From an uncultured Acidobacteriota bacterium (GTDB taxonomy: Bacteria > Acidobacteriota > Thermoanaerobaculia > UBA5066), in NCBI GenBank assembly GCA_963779415.1, contig CAVZYA010000002.1, forward strand, positions 1,184,001 through 1,248,000: DNA of 64,000 bases, written 5' to 3'. Positions 51,989-63,400 of this stretch are shown in pieces. The notes under the pieces are model-generated. The model saw nothing but the letters and a program-made list of their open reading frames with translations, was not told the DNA's origin and searched no databases. Positions within the stretch are counted from its first letter, which is position 1, and every line of letters starts with the position of its first letter. The position numbers were made by a program, and so were the translations under genes.

Positions 51989-52342
51989 ATGACCAGAAGC
52001 CGATTCCTGACTCCCCTCCTGATTCTCGCGGCCGCATTCGTCCTCTCCGCCGGAATCGAGGCCGGTCCGGCGAGCGTGAGCCTTTCAGGCGCGGTCTATC
52101 AGCGCCAGCCGCAGGGGGACCGGCCTTCGCCGATTCCGCAGTGCCGTGTCTATCTTCTCGATGCGGCGTCGGGGGCCTGGATCGGACCGGTCCCGACCGA
52201 CAGCTACGGCCGCTTCGCGTTCTACGACCTCCGCAGCGGGGGCTACGTCCTCAAGGTGTTCAAGCCGAGAGACGGGAAGCGCCCGGCCTGGCAGCAGCAG
52301 GTGACGACGCCTTCCCGGCTCCCGCCCATCGTCCTCCCCTGA
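51989..52342 (+). CDS. Small secreted carboxypeptidase-regulatory-like (prealbumin-fold) protein
   Basis: Signal peptide; LSGAV, TDSYGRFAFYDLRSGGYVLKV. Confidence 0.7.
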   Translation: MTRSRFLTPLLILAAAFVLSAGIEAGPASVSLSGAVYQRQPQGDRPSPIPQCRVYLLDAASGAWIGPVPTDSYGRFAFYDLRSGGYVLKVFKPRDGKRPAWQQQVTTPSRLPPIVLP

Positions 52343-52397
52343 GGGCGCCGCGCAAGGAAGCCGTCGTCCTCGTACCCCGGGGAACGCATCCTTTCCC

Positions 52398-53168
52398 TCA
52401 GGCACCGGGGCTCGAGAGCGAGTGCCGTCGAAGGAGCATCGCGCCGACGAACGCCGTTCCGGCCGCCGCGGAGAGGTGCTTTAGCGGGTGGCCGCCGGTG
52501 AAGACGAGCGCGTCCCTCAGGGGTCGGTCGAACAGCTCGAAGACGAGAGCGGCGGCGTAGCCGGCGAGGAGACCGGCCATCATGGATCCGTGGGAGTAGC
52601 GGCTCGGGAAGAAAGCTGCCGAGACGAGAACGACGAGGATCGCCGCCGCCTGGAGAAAGACGTAGGGACGGAGGTCGCCGAGAAGGAGCCAGGCGAAAAC
52701 GGTTGCGAGTCCGAAGGCGACGAGGGGGAAGAGGAGAAGGCGGCCCGCTCTCTCGTCGACGCGCTCGGAAATGACGATCGCGACGAGGGAGGTGAAGGCG
52801 ACCGTCATCGGAACTCTGTCCCAGAAGAGGGTCTGATCGTTCGGATTCCAGTGATACCACGCCGAGCCGAGGGCCGTCGCGGCGATGGCGGCGAAGAAGA
52901 AGGCGAAGGGGAGCCGTTCCGAAGGATCGACGAAGGCTCGCGCGGCCCGTGGAGAAAAGACGATCGCGAGTCCCCGGACTCCCACCGCGAGGAATGCCAG
53001 ATTCGTGAGGACGTTCGCCGCGTTCGGAATCGGCCCCAGGGGCTCGGTGTCCGCGAAGAGGTGGTAGCGCTGGTCCTGCGACTTCGGCGCGAAAGCGAGG
53101 ACGGCGACGAGAAGAATCAGGACCGCAGCGCCGAGCGCGAGTGCGCCAGCGGCCGGGCGTCCGCTCAT
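52398..53168 (-). CDS. Alkaline ceramidase-like (CREST) membrane protein
   Basis: QDQRYHLFAD, NVLTNLAF, GSAWYHWNP, LFWDRVPM, GHPLKH. Confidence 0.85.
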   Translation of the reverse strand: MSGRPAAGALALGAAVLILLVAVLAFAPKSQDQRYHLFADTEPLGPIPNAANVLTNLAFLAVGVRGLAIVFSPRAARAFVDPSERLPFAFFFAAIAATALGSAWYHWNPNDQTLFWDRVPMTVAFTSLVAIVISERVDERAGRLLLFPLVAFGLATVFAWLLLGDLRPYVFLQAAAILVVLVSAAFFPSRYSHGSMMAGLLAGYAAALVFELFDRPLRDALVFTGGHPLKHLSAAAGTAFVGAMLLRRHSLSSPGA

Positions 53169-53257
53169 GGCGACGATGCTACGCCGCTCCGCGGTGCTAG
53201 GATCTCGGCGTTGCCCGCTCTTCGCGGCGCTGCGCCGCAATCCCGAAGAACAGAGAG

Positions 53258-56200
53258 ATGACAATGAAGCTTTCCCTTCCTCCGGCACTCGTCCCGGTCT
53301 GTCTCGCCTTTCCGCTTCTGGCGGCGACCCCCGCTCCGGAGCCGCCGAAGGAGGGTGGGAAGGCGCCGGCGACCCTCTCGGAGCAGTTTCAGCGGGATGA
53401 AGTTCCGCTCGATCGGGCCGTTCCGGGGCGGGCGCGTCGTTGCCGTCGCCGGGGTCCGCGGGGAGCCGATGGTCTTCTACTTCGGCGGGACCGGCGGGGG
53501 AGTCTTCAGGACCACGGACGGCGGCGGGTCGTGGGAGGCGGTCTCGGACAAGGAGTTCCGGACGGGCTCGATCGGCGCGATCGCGGTTTCGGAGTCGGAC
53601 CCGAACGTCGTCTATGTCGGGACGGGGGAGGCGTGCATCCGCGGAAATCTCTCGTCGGGCGACGGCGTCTACAGGTCCACGGACGCCGGGAAGAGCTGGA
53701 CGAACGTCGGCCTTCCCGACTCGAGGCAGATTTCGCAGGTCGTCGTCCACCCGAAGGACCCGGACGTCGTCTGGGTGGCGGCGCAGGGAGACCCCTGGGG
53801 GCCGAATGCCGAACGCGGCGTCTTCAAGTCGACGGACGGCGGCAAGACGTGGCGAAAGGTCCTCTACGTCGACGAGAAGACGGGCGCCGCCGACCTCGCG
53901 ATCGACCCGACGAACCCGCGAATCCTCTACGCCGCGATGTGGCAGCACGTCCGCAAGCCCTGGACGATGGAGAGCGGCGGGCCGGCCTCGGGACTCTGGA
54001 AGACGACGGACGGCGGCGAGACGTGGAAGAAGCTGGCGGGCGGCCTCCCGGAGGGAATCGTCGGAAAGATCGGCCTCTCTGTCTCCGCTTCCCGGCCCGA
54101 GCGCGTCTTCGCCCTCGTCGAGGCCGAAAAGGGGGGGCTCTACCGCTCCGATGATGGCGGCGGGAAGTGGACGCGGGTCTCCGAGAACCGCGAGCTGATC
54201 CAGCGCGCCTGGTACTACACGCACGTCTTCGCCCACCCGAAGAACCCCGACACGGTCTTCGTCCTCAATGTCGGCTCGTGGCGCTCCGTCGACGGAGGCC
54301 GAACGTTCCAGAAGTTCCGGATCCGGCACGGCGATCACCACGACCTCTGGATCGATCCCGACGACCCGGACCGGATGATCGAAGGGGACGACGGCGGGGC
54401 GACCGTGACGTTCAACGGAGGGAGGAGCTGGTCGTCCCAGGACAATCAGCCGACGGCGCAGTTCTACCGCCTCTTCACGGACGACCGCTTCCCCTATTGG
54501 CTCTACGGCGCGCAGCAGGACAACAGCGACGTCGCGATCCCGAGCGCGGTCCCCGGCCGGGCGATCGGCCCGTCCGACTGGTATCCGGCGGGCGGGGGCG
54601 AGAGCGGCTGGACGCAGCCCGACCCGCGAAACCCCGACGTCATCTATGGCGGAAGCTACGGCGGGGAGATCACCCGGTACGACCGGAAGACGCGCGAGTC
54701 GCGCGTCATCACGGCCTGGCCGCAGCCGATCGACGGGCAGGCGACCCGCGACCTGAAGTACCGGTTCAACTGGAACGCGCCGGTCCTCGTCTCGAAGCAC
54801 GACCCGACGGTCCTCTATCACGCGGCGCAGAGGGTCCTCAGGTCGACGGACGAGGGGACGAGCTGGACCGAGGCGAGCCCCGACCTGACGCGAAACGACA
54901 AGTCGAGGCAGGGCTACCCCGGGGGACCGATCACGCGCGAGATCACCGGCGTCGAGACGTTTCCGACGATCTTCTGTCTCGCCGAGTCGCCGGACGAAAA
55001 GGACGTTCTCTGGGCCGGGACGGACGACGGTCTCGTCTGGGTGACGCGCGACGGGACGAAGAGCTGGCAGAACGTGACCCCGAAAGGGCTGCCCGACACC
55101 GTCCAGATCAACGCCATCGACGTCTCGTCGCACGAGAAGGGGGGCGCCTACGTCGCCGCCACGGCGTACCGGATGGACGACGACCGGCCGTACGTCTACA
55201 GGACGACGGACTACGGGAAGAGCTGGACGAAGATCACGACGGGACTCCCGGAGAACGTCTTCGTCCGGGTCGTCCGCGAAGATCCCGCGCGACGCGGCCT
55301 CCTCTACGCCGGGACCGAACGCGGGCTCTTCGTCTCGTTCGACGACGGGACGTCGTGGCAGCCCTTCCAGCGGAATCTCCCTCCCGTCCCGATCACCGAC
55401 CTCCAGGTGAAGCAGGGCGACCTCCTCGTCGCGACACAGGGGCGCGCCTTCTGGATCCTCGACGACCTGACGCCTCTCCGGGCGTGGTCGACGCCCTTCG
55501 CGGCCGACGCGGCGCGACTCTTCACTCCCCGTCCGACGGTGAGGATGCGGATGTGGACCCAGGACGACGAGGACGAGGGGCCGCGGGTGCGGGCGGCCGG
55601 CCAGAACGCGCCGGGAGGGGTCGTCGTCTGGTATTGGCTGAAGAACGAGTGGAAGCCGGCGGAGAAGGGGAAGGAGACCGTGGCGGTCGAGATCCGGCAG
55701 GGGGAGAAGCTCCTCCGCCGGTACACGAACCGGAAGAGCGACGACGAGGACGCGAAGAAGGAAGACGACGACGCGGACAAGCCGATCGAGGCGAAGGCCG
55801 GGCTGAACCGTCTCGTCTGGGACATGCGGCTGATGCCGCTCACTCTCGCGTCATCGAAGGAAAGCTTCGGTGACTACCCTCCCGAGAGCCCGCGCGTCCT
55901 TCCGGGGAAGTACACGGTTCGGCTCGTCCTGACGCCGCAAAGCCGGGACGGGAAGAGCCCGGAGAGCGTGCTCGAGGCGGCGTTCGAGGTGAAGCCCGAC
56001 CCGCGCATCGCGGCGCCTGCCGCCGACCTCGCGGAGCAGTCGGATCTTCTGCTCGCCCTCCGGGGCGATCTCGAGCGGTCGCACGACCTTCTCCGGAGCG
56101 TTCGCGAGACGCGCACGCAGGCGAAGGAACTCACCGAGCGCGCCGACCGGCTCGGGAAGAAGGAGGTCGCGGCGCCTGCCAAGGCGCTGACGGACGGGCT

Positions 56201-56492
56201 CACCGCTCTCGAGGAGAAGATCACGAACCCTAAGATCAAGGCGAGCCAGGACTCGCTGAACTACCAGCCGAAGCTCGACTTCCAGATCGCCGCTCTCGCG
56301 GCGTTCGTCGACAGCGCCGACGCGAAACCCCCGAAGGCCTCGTACGAGCGCCGGAAGGAGCTGCTCGCCGAGCTGGAGGCGGCGCAGAGGGAGTTCGAAG
56401 GGATCCGGTCCCGCGAGCTTGCGGCCTTCAACCGGGCCGTGGAGGAGGCGAAGATCCCGCCCGTGGTCGTGCTGCCGCCGAAGAAGAGATAG
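53258..56492 (+). CDS. Secreted BNR/Asp-box (VPS10/GH74-like) glycosyl hydrolase, frameshift near 53388
   Basis: Signal peptide in ORF 53258.., then FRSIGPFRGGRV, repeated S/TxDGGxTW Asp-boxes and a coiled-coil C-terminus. Confidence 0.9.
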
Positions 56493-56501
56493 CGGAGAGG
56501 G

Positions 56502-58136
56502 ATGCTCGTCGTCCTCGCGGGTCTCCTCGTCTGGGTCCCGGCGCTCCTCGGGTGGGGCTCACTCGTCCTGCCGGGGCTCCTCGGCGGCCGGCTCCGCGAG
56601 GACGACGACGTGGGGTTCGCGCTCCGGGGCTTCGCCGGGCTCGGCGTTCTCGGGACGGTCGGTGCGGCGCTGAACCTCCTCACGGGCCTCGGCCCGCTCC
56701 TCGCTCTGGCTGCCGCGCTGGTCGGCCTCGTCCTCTTCGCGCGCGACGTGAAGGGGGCCACGGGAGCCGTCACGAGGGGCGACGCGCTGGCGCTCGCCGG
56801 CCTCGCCCTTCTCGTCGCGTTCGTCGGGTCGGGGCCGATCCGCCTCTACGACACGGGCCTCTACCACTTCTCCGTCGTCGAGTGGAGCGTGGCCGGACCG
56901 ATTCCCGCCGGCCTCGCGAACCTCCATCGCCGCTACGGGCTGAACTCGCTCTGGTTCCCCGCGGCATCACTCCTCGAGCTGCCACTCCTGGCGAAGCGAA
57001 GCGCGTGGCTCGTCTCGTCGCTCACCCTCGTCTTCTTCGGATCGGCCGTCTGGCGGGGTGCGCGGAAAGCGGTGGCGGGAACGGCGGACGCCTCGGGCGC
57101 CCTTCTCGCCCTCGGCGTTCTCCCTCTCGCCGTCTTCGCGTCGAACGAATGGCTCCCGTCGCTTTCGACCGATCTTCCGGCCGCGTCCCTCACGATCCTC
57201 GCCTCGGCGCTCCTCCTTCGCGAGCCGTGCGGCCGGACCGAGAGGCGGGCAGCCGTGGTGCTCGCCTTCTTCGCGGTCACGGTCAAGCTCTCGGCGGCGG
57301 TCTTCTTCCTCGCCGTCCTTCTCGTCGCTCGGGCCTTTCCCGTCGCGCTCCTCCTTCCGGCCGTCGCGTGGGTCTCGCGCGGCATCGCCCTCTCCGGCTA
57401 CCTTCTCTATCCGTCGATCGCGACGCGAATCGGTTTTCTGTCATGGGCGGTGCCGGCGGCGACGGCTCGGGAAGAGATCGACTGGGCGCGGAGCTGGGCG
57501 CGGCTTCCGGGGCGGCCGCTCGCGGAGACCCTCGTCGGGAATGCGTGGCTTTCCGAATGGGCGAGAACGAACGCGACCCGTCTTTCGATACTGCCGCTCC
57601 TGCTTCTCCTCTTCGCGGGCCTGGCCGCGCTCGTCCTGGCGCGCCGGCGCAGGTCGCCGATGGCACGGGGGCGGACGGCAGGGGTCTTTCTCGCGGCCGC
57701 GGCCTCGACGCTCTTCTGGTTCTTTTCCGCCCCCGATCCGCGCTTCGGCTACGGCGCGCTCTTCGTTCTTTCGGCTCTCCCGCTCGCCGTGACGCTCCCG
57801 AGTTTCGGGCTCGGCGACGTTTCTCTCCGGATCCGGACGATCACGGCCGGGCTCGTGGCGGCGGGCGTCGCGCTCGCGGGGCTCGCTTTCGTGATCACGG
57901 GATCCGGCGTCCGGCCGTCGGCGCTCGTCCCGCCCGGCGTTCCTCGCCCCGTGGTGAAGGAGCTTCGGACGCTCGAAGGGGAGAGCGTCTTCGTCCCCGC
58001 CGGGGACGGCTGCTGGGATGCCCCGCGCCCCTGCACCCCCTACTTCAATCCCCGCCTCGTCGTCGACCGCGATCTGCGCGGGCGGCCGCGCGTCTTCAGC
58101 TTTCCGCCGCCCGACTCGACGGTTCGGGCGCGGTAG
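56502..58136 (+). CDS. Polytopic membrane protein (LIC_10190-like, possibly GT-C fold)
   Basis: YDTGLYH, GLANLHRRYGLNS, SGYLLYP, FWFFSAPDPRFGYG, CWDAPRPCTP. Confidence 0.75.
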   Translation: MLVVLAGLLVWVPALLGWGSLVLPGLLGGRLREDDDVGFALRGFAGLGVLGTVGAALNLLTGLGPLLALAAALVGLVLFARDVKGATGAVTRGDALALAGLALLVAFVGSGPIRLYDTGLYHFSVVEWSVAGPIPAGLANLHRRYGLNSLWFPAASLLELPLLAKRSAWLVSSLTLVFFGSAVWRGARKAVAGTADASGALLALGVLPLAVFASNEWLPSLSTDLPAASLTILASALLLREPCGRTERRAAVVLAFFAVTVKLSAAVFFLAVLLVARAFPVALLLPAVAWVSRGIALSGYLLYPSIATRIGFLSWAVPAATAREEIDWARSWARLPGRPLAETLVGNAWLSEWARTNATRLSILPLLLLLFAGLAALVLARRRRSPMARGRTAGVFLAAAASTLFWFFSAPDPRFGYGALFVLSALPLAVTLPSFGLGDVSLRIRTITAGLVAAGVALAGLAFVITGSGVRPSALVPPGVPRPVVKELRTLEGESVFVPAGDGCWDAPRPCTPYFNPRLVVDRDLRGRPRVFSFPPPDSTVRAR

Positions 58137-58228
58137 GCCGCGACGAGCGGGACCTCCCCGTGCCGCGGCGCCCGGAGTTAGGATGAGGCGGTTGCCCGGC
58201 TCCGCCCGCGGGGGCCGTTCGAGGGGAG

Positions 58229-59056
58229 ATGAAAGCGCTTTCCGAGGTTCTCGCGCACGAGGACGAGGTCGTCCGCCTCGACCCGGACCACCCGGGCTTC
58301 AAGGATCCCGTCTACCGGAAACGGCGGAACGAGATCGCGAAGCTGGCGCTCGCCTACCGGGACGGGGAGCCACTCCCGCGGGTCGACTACACGCCCGAGG
58401 AGCAGGACGTCTGGAAGCTGACGTGGGAACGGCTCGGCCCTCTCCACGACCGTTACGCCTGCCGCGAATGGCGCGACAGCTCGCGAGTCCTGGCCCTCGA
58501 CCGGCTGCGGGTCCCCCAGCTCTCCGAGGTGAACATCCGGCTCGCCGGGAGCGGCTTCCGGATGCTTCCGGTCGCGGGGCTCATCTCGGGGCGCGGCTTT
58601 CTCTCCGCGATGGCGCAGGGGGTCTTCCTCGCGACGCAGTACATGCGCCACCACTCCGTCCCCTTCTACACGCCCGAGCCCGATGTCGTCCACGAGCTGG
58701 TCGGGCACGCGGCGAGTCTCTTCCACCCCGACGTCGTCCGGCTCTCGCGTCTCTTCGGCGAGGCGGCGCGCCGGGCGGACGAGGCGTCGATGAAGAGGCT
58801 GGAGCGGGTCTACTGGTACACGCTGGAGTTCGGGCTCGTCCGCGAGAACGGCGCCCTCAGGACGTACGGCGCGGGAATCCTCTCCTCGTTCGGCGAAATG
58901 GAGCGCTTCACGAGCGAGGCCGAGATCCGGCCGCTCGACTTCGACGACGCCTCGGCCCGCCCCTACGACCCGACCCGATACCAGCCCGTCCTCTACGTGT
59001 CGCCGTCGTTCGACCGGATGGTCGCGGACGTCGCGGACTTTCTCGCGTCGATCTGA
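58229..59056 (+). CDS. phhA: Phenylalanine 4-monooxygenase (aromatic amino acid hydroxylase)
   Basis: YTPEPDVVHELVGH (Fe-binding His pair), YWYTLEFGL (Glu ligand), YGAGILSSFGE. Confidence 0.92.
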   Translation: MKALSEVLAHEDEVVRLDPDHPGFKDPVYRKRRNEIAKLALAYRDGEPLPRVDYTPEEQDVWKLTWERLGPLHDRYACREWRDSSRVLALDRLRVPQLSEVNIRLAGSGFRMLPVAGLISGRGFLSAMAQGVFLATQYMRHHSVPFYTPEPDVVHELVGHAASLFHPDVVRLSRLFGEAARRADEASMKRLERVYWYTLEFGLVRENGALRTYGAGILSSFGEMERFTSEAEIRPLDFDDASARPYDPTRYQPVLYVSPSFDRMVADVADFLASI

Positions 59057-59088
59057 GTCCGTCCGGGGCGCGCCCGTAGACTCGGACC

Positions 59089-60405
59089 GTGGCCACGGAC
59101 CGCGCCCCCTACGCGTCGCTCGGCCACACCGGATTCCGACGCTACGCCCTCGGGATGTTCGTCTCGCTCGTCGGATCCCAGATGCAGAACACGGCGATCG
59201 ACTGGCACGTCTGGGTCCTGACGAGGTCGACGCTCGCCCTCGGCGCCGTGGGGCTCGTCCGCTTCGTCCCGATCGTGATCTTCTCCCTCGCCGGGGGGCT
59301 CGTCGCCGACCGGTACGACAGGCGCCGGGTCCTTCTCGCCACCCAGACCGTGATGCTGGGGAGCGCCGCCCTTCTCGCGCTCCTGACGATCAGCGGGCGC
59401 GAGAGCCTCGCCGCAATCTACGGCCTCACGGCCGTCACCGCGGCGGCCACGGCCTTCGACAGCCCGACCCGCCATTCGTTCGTGCCGCGCCTCGTCCCGG
59501 CGGCCGACCTCGCCGGCGGCTTCGCCGTCCTCGTCACCGGCTTCCAGCTCGCGTCCATCGGCGGTCCGGCGCTCGCGGGCCTCATCCTCGCCCGCGGGGA
59601 CGGCGCGTCGGCCGGGGCGGTTCCCGCGGGCGCCCTCGCGGCCGTCTACGGCCTCAATGCGCTCTCGTTTCTCGCCGTCGTGTCCGCGCTCCTCTCGATC
59701 CACCCGTCGGCGGGAACGGCCGCGACTCGCGCGGGAGCCGAGCCTCCGCTCGCCGCGCTGGGGGAGGGTCTCCGGTTCGTCTTCCGGACGCCGATCATCG
59801 TCTGGTCGATGCTTCTCGACTTCGTCGCGACGTTCTTCTCCGGCTCGATGTCGCTCCTGCCGGTCTTCGCGGACCAGGTCCTGAACGTCGGACCGGCGGG
59901 TTACGGATGGCTCCGCGCGGCGCCGGGAGTCGGGGCGGCCGTCGCCTCCGGAGCGCTCGCCCTCCGGACACTCCCGCGCCGGCAGGGCCGCCTCCTCCTC
60001 GGCGCGGTCGCGGTCTACGGAGCGGCCACGGTGGCGTTCGGCCTTTCACGAAGCGTCGCCTTCACCCTCGGGGCCCTGATGCTCGTCGGGGGCGCGGACA
60101 CGGTCTCTACGGTCATTCGCCAGACCGTCCGCTCCCTCGCGACGCCGGACGCCCTGCGCGGGCGGATGACGAGCGTGAACATGATCTTCTTCCAGGGAGG
60201 GCCGCAGCTCGGCGAGCTGGAAGCCGGCCTCGTGGCGTCCCTTTTCGCGACGGCGGCTCTCGGCGCGACGGTGGCGGTCGTCTCGGGGGGAGCGGCGACG
60301 CTTCTCGTCGCCGCGGCCGTCGCCTGGCGGGCTCCCTTCCTCCTCCGTTACGACGTCGAGAACGCCGTCCGTGAGGCGTCCGCAGCGGATCCCGACGGGC
60401 CCTGA
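59089..60405 (+). CDS. MFS transporter (EntS/MFS_3-like)
   Basis: GGLVADRYDRRRVL, TPDALRGRMTSV, GPQLGELEAG; about 12 TM. Confidence 0.9.
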   Translation: MATDRAPYASLGHTGFRRYALGMFVSLVGSQMQNTAIDWHVWVLTRSTLALGAVGLVRFVPIVIFSLAGGLVADRYDRRRVLLATQTVMLGSAALLALLTISGRESLAAIYGLTAVTAAATAFDSPTRHSFVPRLVPAADLAGGFAVLVTGFQLASIGGPALAGLILARGDGASAGAVPAGALAAVYGLNALSFLAVVSALLSIHPSAGTAATRAGAEPPLAALGEGLRFVFRTPIIVWSMLLDFVATFFSGSMSLLPVFADQVLNVGPAGYGWLRAAPGVGAAVASGALALRTLPRRQGRLLLGAVAVYGAATVAFGLSRSVAFTLGALMLVGGADTVSTVIRQTVRSLATPDALRGRMTSVNMIFFQGGPQLGELEAGLVASLFATAALGATVAVVSGGAATLLVAAAVAWRAPFLLRYDVENAVREASAADPDGP

Positions 60406-60448
60406 GGCCTATACTCGCCCGGCCCCGGATCCGGGAGGAGAGACATTC

Positions 60449-63400
60449 ATGATCGCCATTCTTCTCGCCACCCTTCTCGCCCTTCCCGCCGCCGCGACCC
60501 CCGCGAAACCTCCGACGGAGACCCCGTCCGTCCGTTCGCTTTCGGACCAGATGGAAGGGCTCTCGTTCCGCGAGATCGGCCCCTTCCGGGGCGGCCGCGT
60601 CGTCGCCGTGACGGGCGTCGTCGGAGAGCCGCTGACTTTCTACTTTGGCGGCACCGGCGGCGGCGTTTTCAAGTCGGCGAACGGCGGGCAGGGGTGGGAA
60701 CCGGTCACGGACAAGTACTTCAAGACCGGCTCCGTCGGGGCGATCGCCGTTTCGGAATCCGACCCGAACGTGATCTGGGTCGGAATGGGCGAGGCGTGCA
60801 TCCGCGGCAACACGTCGCACGGCGACGGCGTCTGGAGGTCGACCGACGCGGGACGCACCTGGAAGAACGTCGGCCTTCAGGCCACGGAGCAGATCTCGGC
60901 CGTCGTCGTCCACCCCAAGAACCCCGACGTCGCCTGGGTCGCGGCGCTCGGCCACACGTGGGGGCCGAACCCGGAGCGGGGGATCTACCGGACGACGGAC
61001 GGCGGCGCGACGTGGAAGAAGGTCCTCTTCGTCGACGAGAAGACCGGCGCGAGCGACCTGGCGATCGACCCGACGAACCCGCGGATCCTCTACGCCGCCT
61101 TCTGGCAGGTGGCCCGGAAGCCGTGGACGCTCGAGAGCGGCGGGCCGGGCTCGGGTTTGTGGAAGTCGACGGACGGCGGCGACACGTGGAAGAAGCTCTC
61201 CGGCGGCCTGCCGGAAGGGATCGTCGGGAGGATCGGCGTCTCCGTCTCCGCCTCGCGTCCCGACCGCGTTTACGCGATGGTGGAGGCCGAGAAGGGGGGC
61301 CTTTTCCGGACGGACGACGCCGGCGAGAAGTGGACCCGGGTCAACGAGGGCAACGACCTCCGCCAGCGGGCCTGGTACTACTCCCACGTCTTCGCCGATC
61401 CGAAGAGCGCCGACACCGTCTACGTCCTGAACGTCCGGTTCGAAAAGTCGGTGGACGGCGGCAAGACCTTCACCGCCGTTCGGACGCCGCACGGCGACAA
61501 CCACGCGCTCTGGATCGACCCGAACGACCCCGAGCGGATGATCGAAGGAAACGACGGTGGCGCGAACGTCTCCTTCGACGGCGGGCGGAGCTGGTCCACC
61601 GTCCTGAACCAGCCGACGGCGCAGTTCTACCGCGTCGTGACGGACGACCGCGTTCCGTACCGGGTCTACGGCGCCCAGCAGGACAACACGACGGTCGCAA
61701 TCGCGAGCCGGACGCGCGGCTTCGGCATCGGCCTGACGGACTGGTACGAGGTCGCCGGCTGCGAGAGCGGCTGGATCGCCCCGAGCCCGAAGGACCCCGA
61801 CGTCGTCTACTCCGGCTGCTACGGCGGCTCCATCAACCGGTTCGACCACCGGACCGGCGAGAGCCGCGAGGTGGTCGCGTGGCCGCAGCTCGCGGTGGGA
61901 CAGGCGGCGAAGGACCTGAAGTACCGGTTCCAGTGGAACGCACCGATCCTGATCTCGCCGAACGACCCGAACGTCCTCTATCACGCCGCACAGAAGCTCC
62001 TGAAGTCGACGGACGAGGGAAGGACCTGGACCGAGATCAGTCCCGACCTGACCCGGAACGACCCGACGAAGCAGGGGAAGTCGGGGGGGCCGATCACGAA
62101 GGACGACACCGGGGTCGAGGTCTACGACGTCATCTTCGCCCTCGCCGAGGCGCCGAACGAGCCGGGAGTGATCTGGGCCGGGACCGACGACGGCCTCGTC
62201 TGGGTCACCCGCGACGGCGGGAAGAACTGGTCGAACGTGACGCCGAAGGGGATCCCGGAATGGATCCAGATCAACGCGATCGACCTCTCCCGGCACGAGA
62301 AGGGAACGGCGTACGTCGCCGCGACGATGTACAAGTTCGACGACTTCCGGCCCTACCTCTACAAGACGAGCGACTACGGGAAGTCGTGGACGAAGATCGT
62401 GAACGGGATTCCCGACGGAACCTTCACGCGCGTCGTCCGCGAGGACCCGGGTCGGCGCGGGCTCCTCTTCGCCGGGACCGAGACGGGGCTCTACATCTCC
62501 TTCGACGACGGCGCGAACTGGCAGCCGTTTTCGCGGAACCTCCCGGCCGTCCCGATCACGGACCTCACCGTGAAGGACCGCGACCTCATCCTCGCGACGC
62601 AGGGGCGCTCCTTCTGGATCCTCGACGACATCTCGCCTCTTCGGGAGTGGTCGCCCGGGATCGCGTCGAAGGACCTCTTCCTCTTCGCGTCTTCGCCCGC
62701 GCCCCGGATGGCCGGGGGGGGCGCGTGGTGGATGGAAGGGGAGGGCGGGCCGCGCGGTGTCGGGCAGAACCCCGCGAACGGCGCCTATGTCTACTACTGG
62801 CTGAAGGAGAAGCCGCCCGAGAAGGCGAAGGGGAAGGACGCCATCACGATCGAGATCCTCGACGGCGAGACGCTCCTCCGGACCTTCACCAGCGAGAAGC
62901 CTCCCGAGCCGGGAGAAGGCGCGCCGCCGCCGGACGCGAACCGCGAGCGGCCGCTCGAACCGAAACAGGGGCTCAACCGGTTCGTCTGGGACCTCCGGAT
63001 GCTGAGGCCCCAGCTCGTGCCGAAGGCGGTCCTCTGGGGAAACAGGCTCGGACCGAAGGTGGCGCCGGGGAGCTACACGGTGCGCCTGACGAAGGGCGAC
63101 ACGGTCCTGACCGGGAGGGTCGAAGTAGAGGCGAATCCCGGGCTGAAGATCTCCGGGGCCGATCTCGCGGCGCAGGCCGCCTTCCTGCGCGACGTCCGTG
63201 ACCGGATCACGGATGCGCATCAGGCGGTCGTCCGGATCCGCGACGCGAAGGCGCAGCTCAAGGAGGTCGCCGCGCGCGCCGAGAAGCTCGGGAAGAAGGA
63301 CCCGATCGCCTCGAAGGCGAAGGCACTCACGGAGAAGCTGACGGCGATCGAGGAGAAGCTCGTCAACCCGAAGCTCAAGGCGTCCCAGGACATCCTCAAC

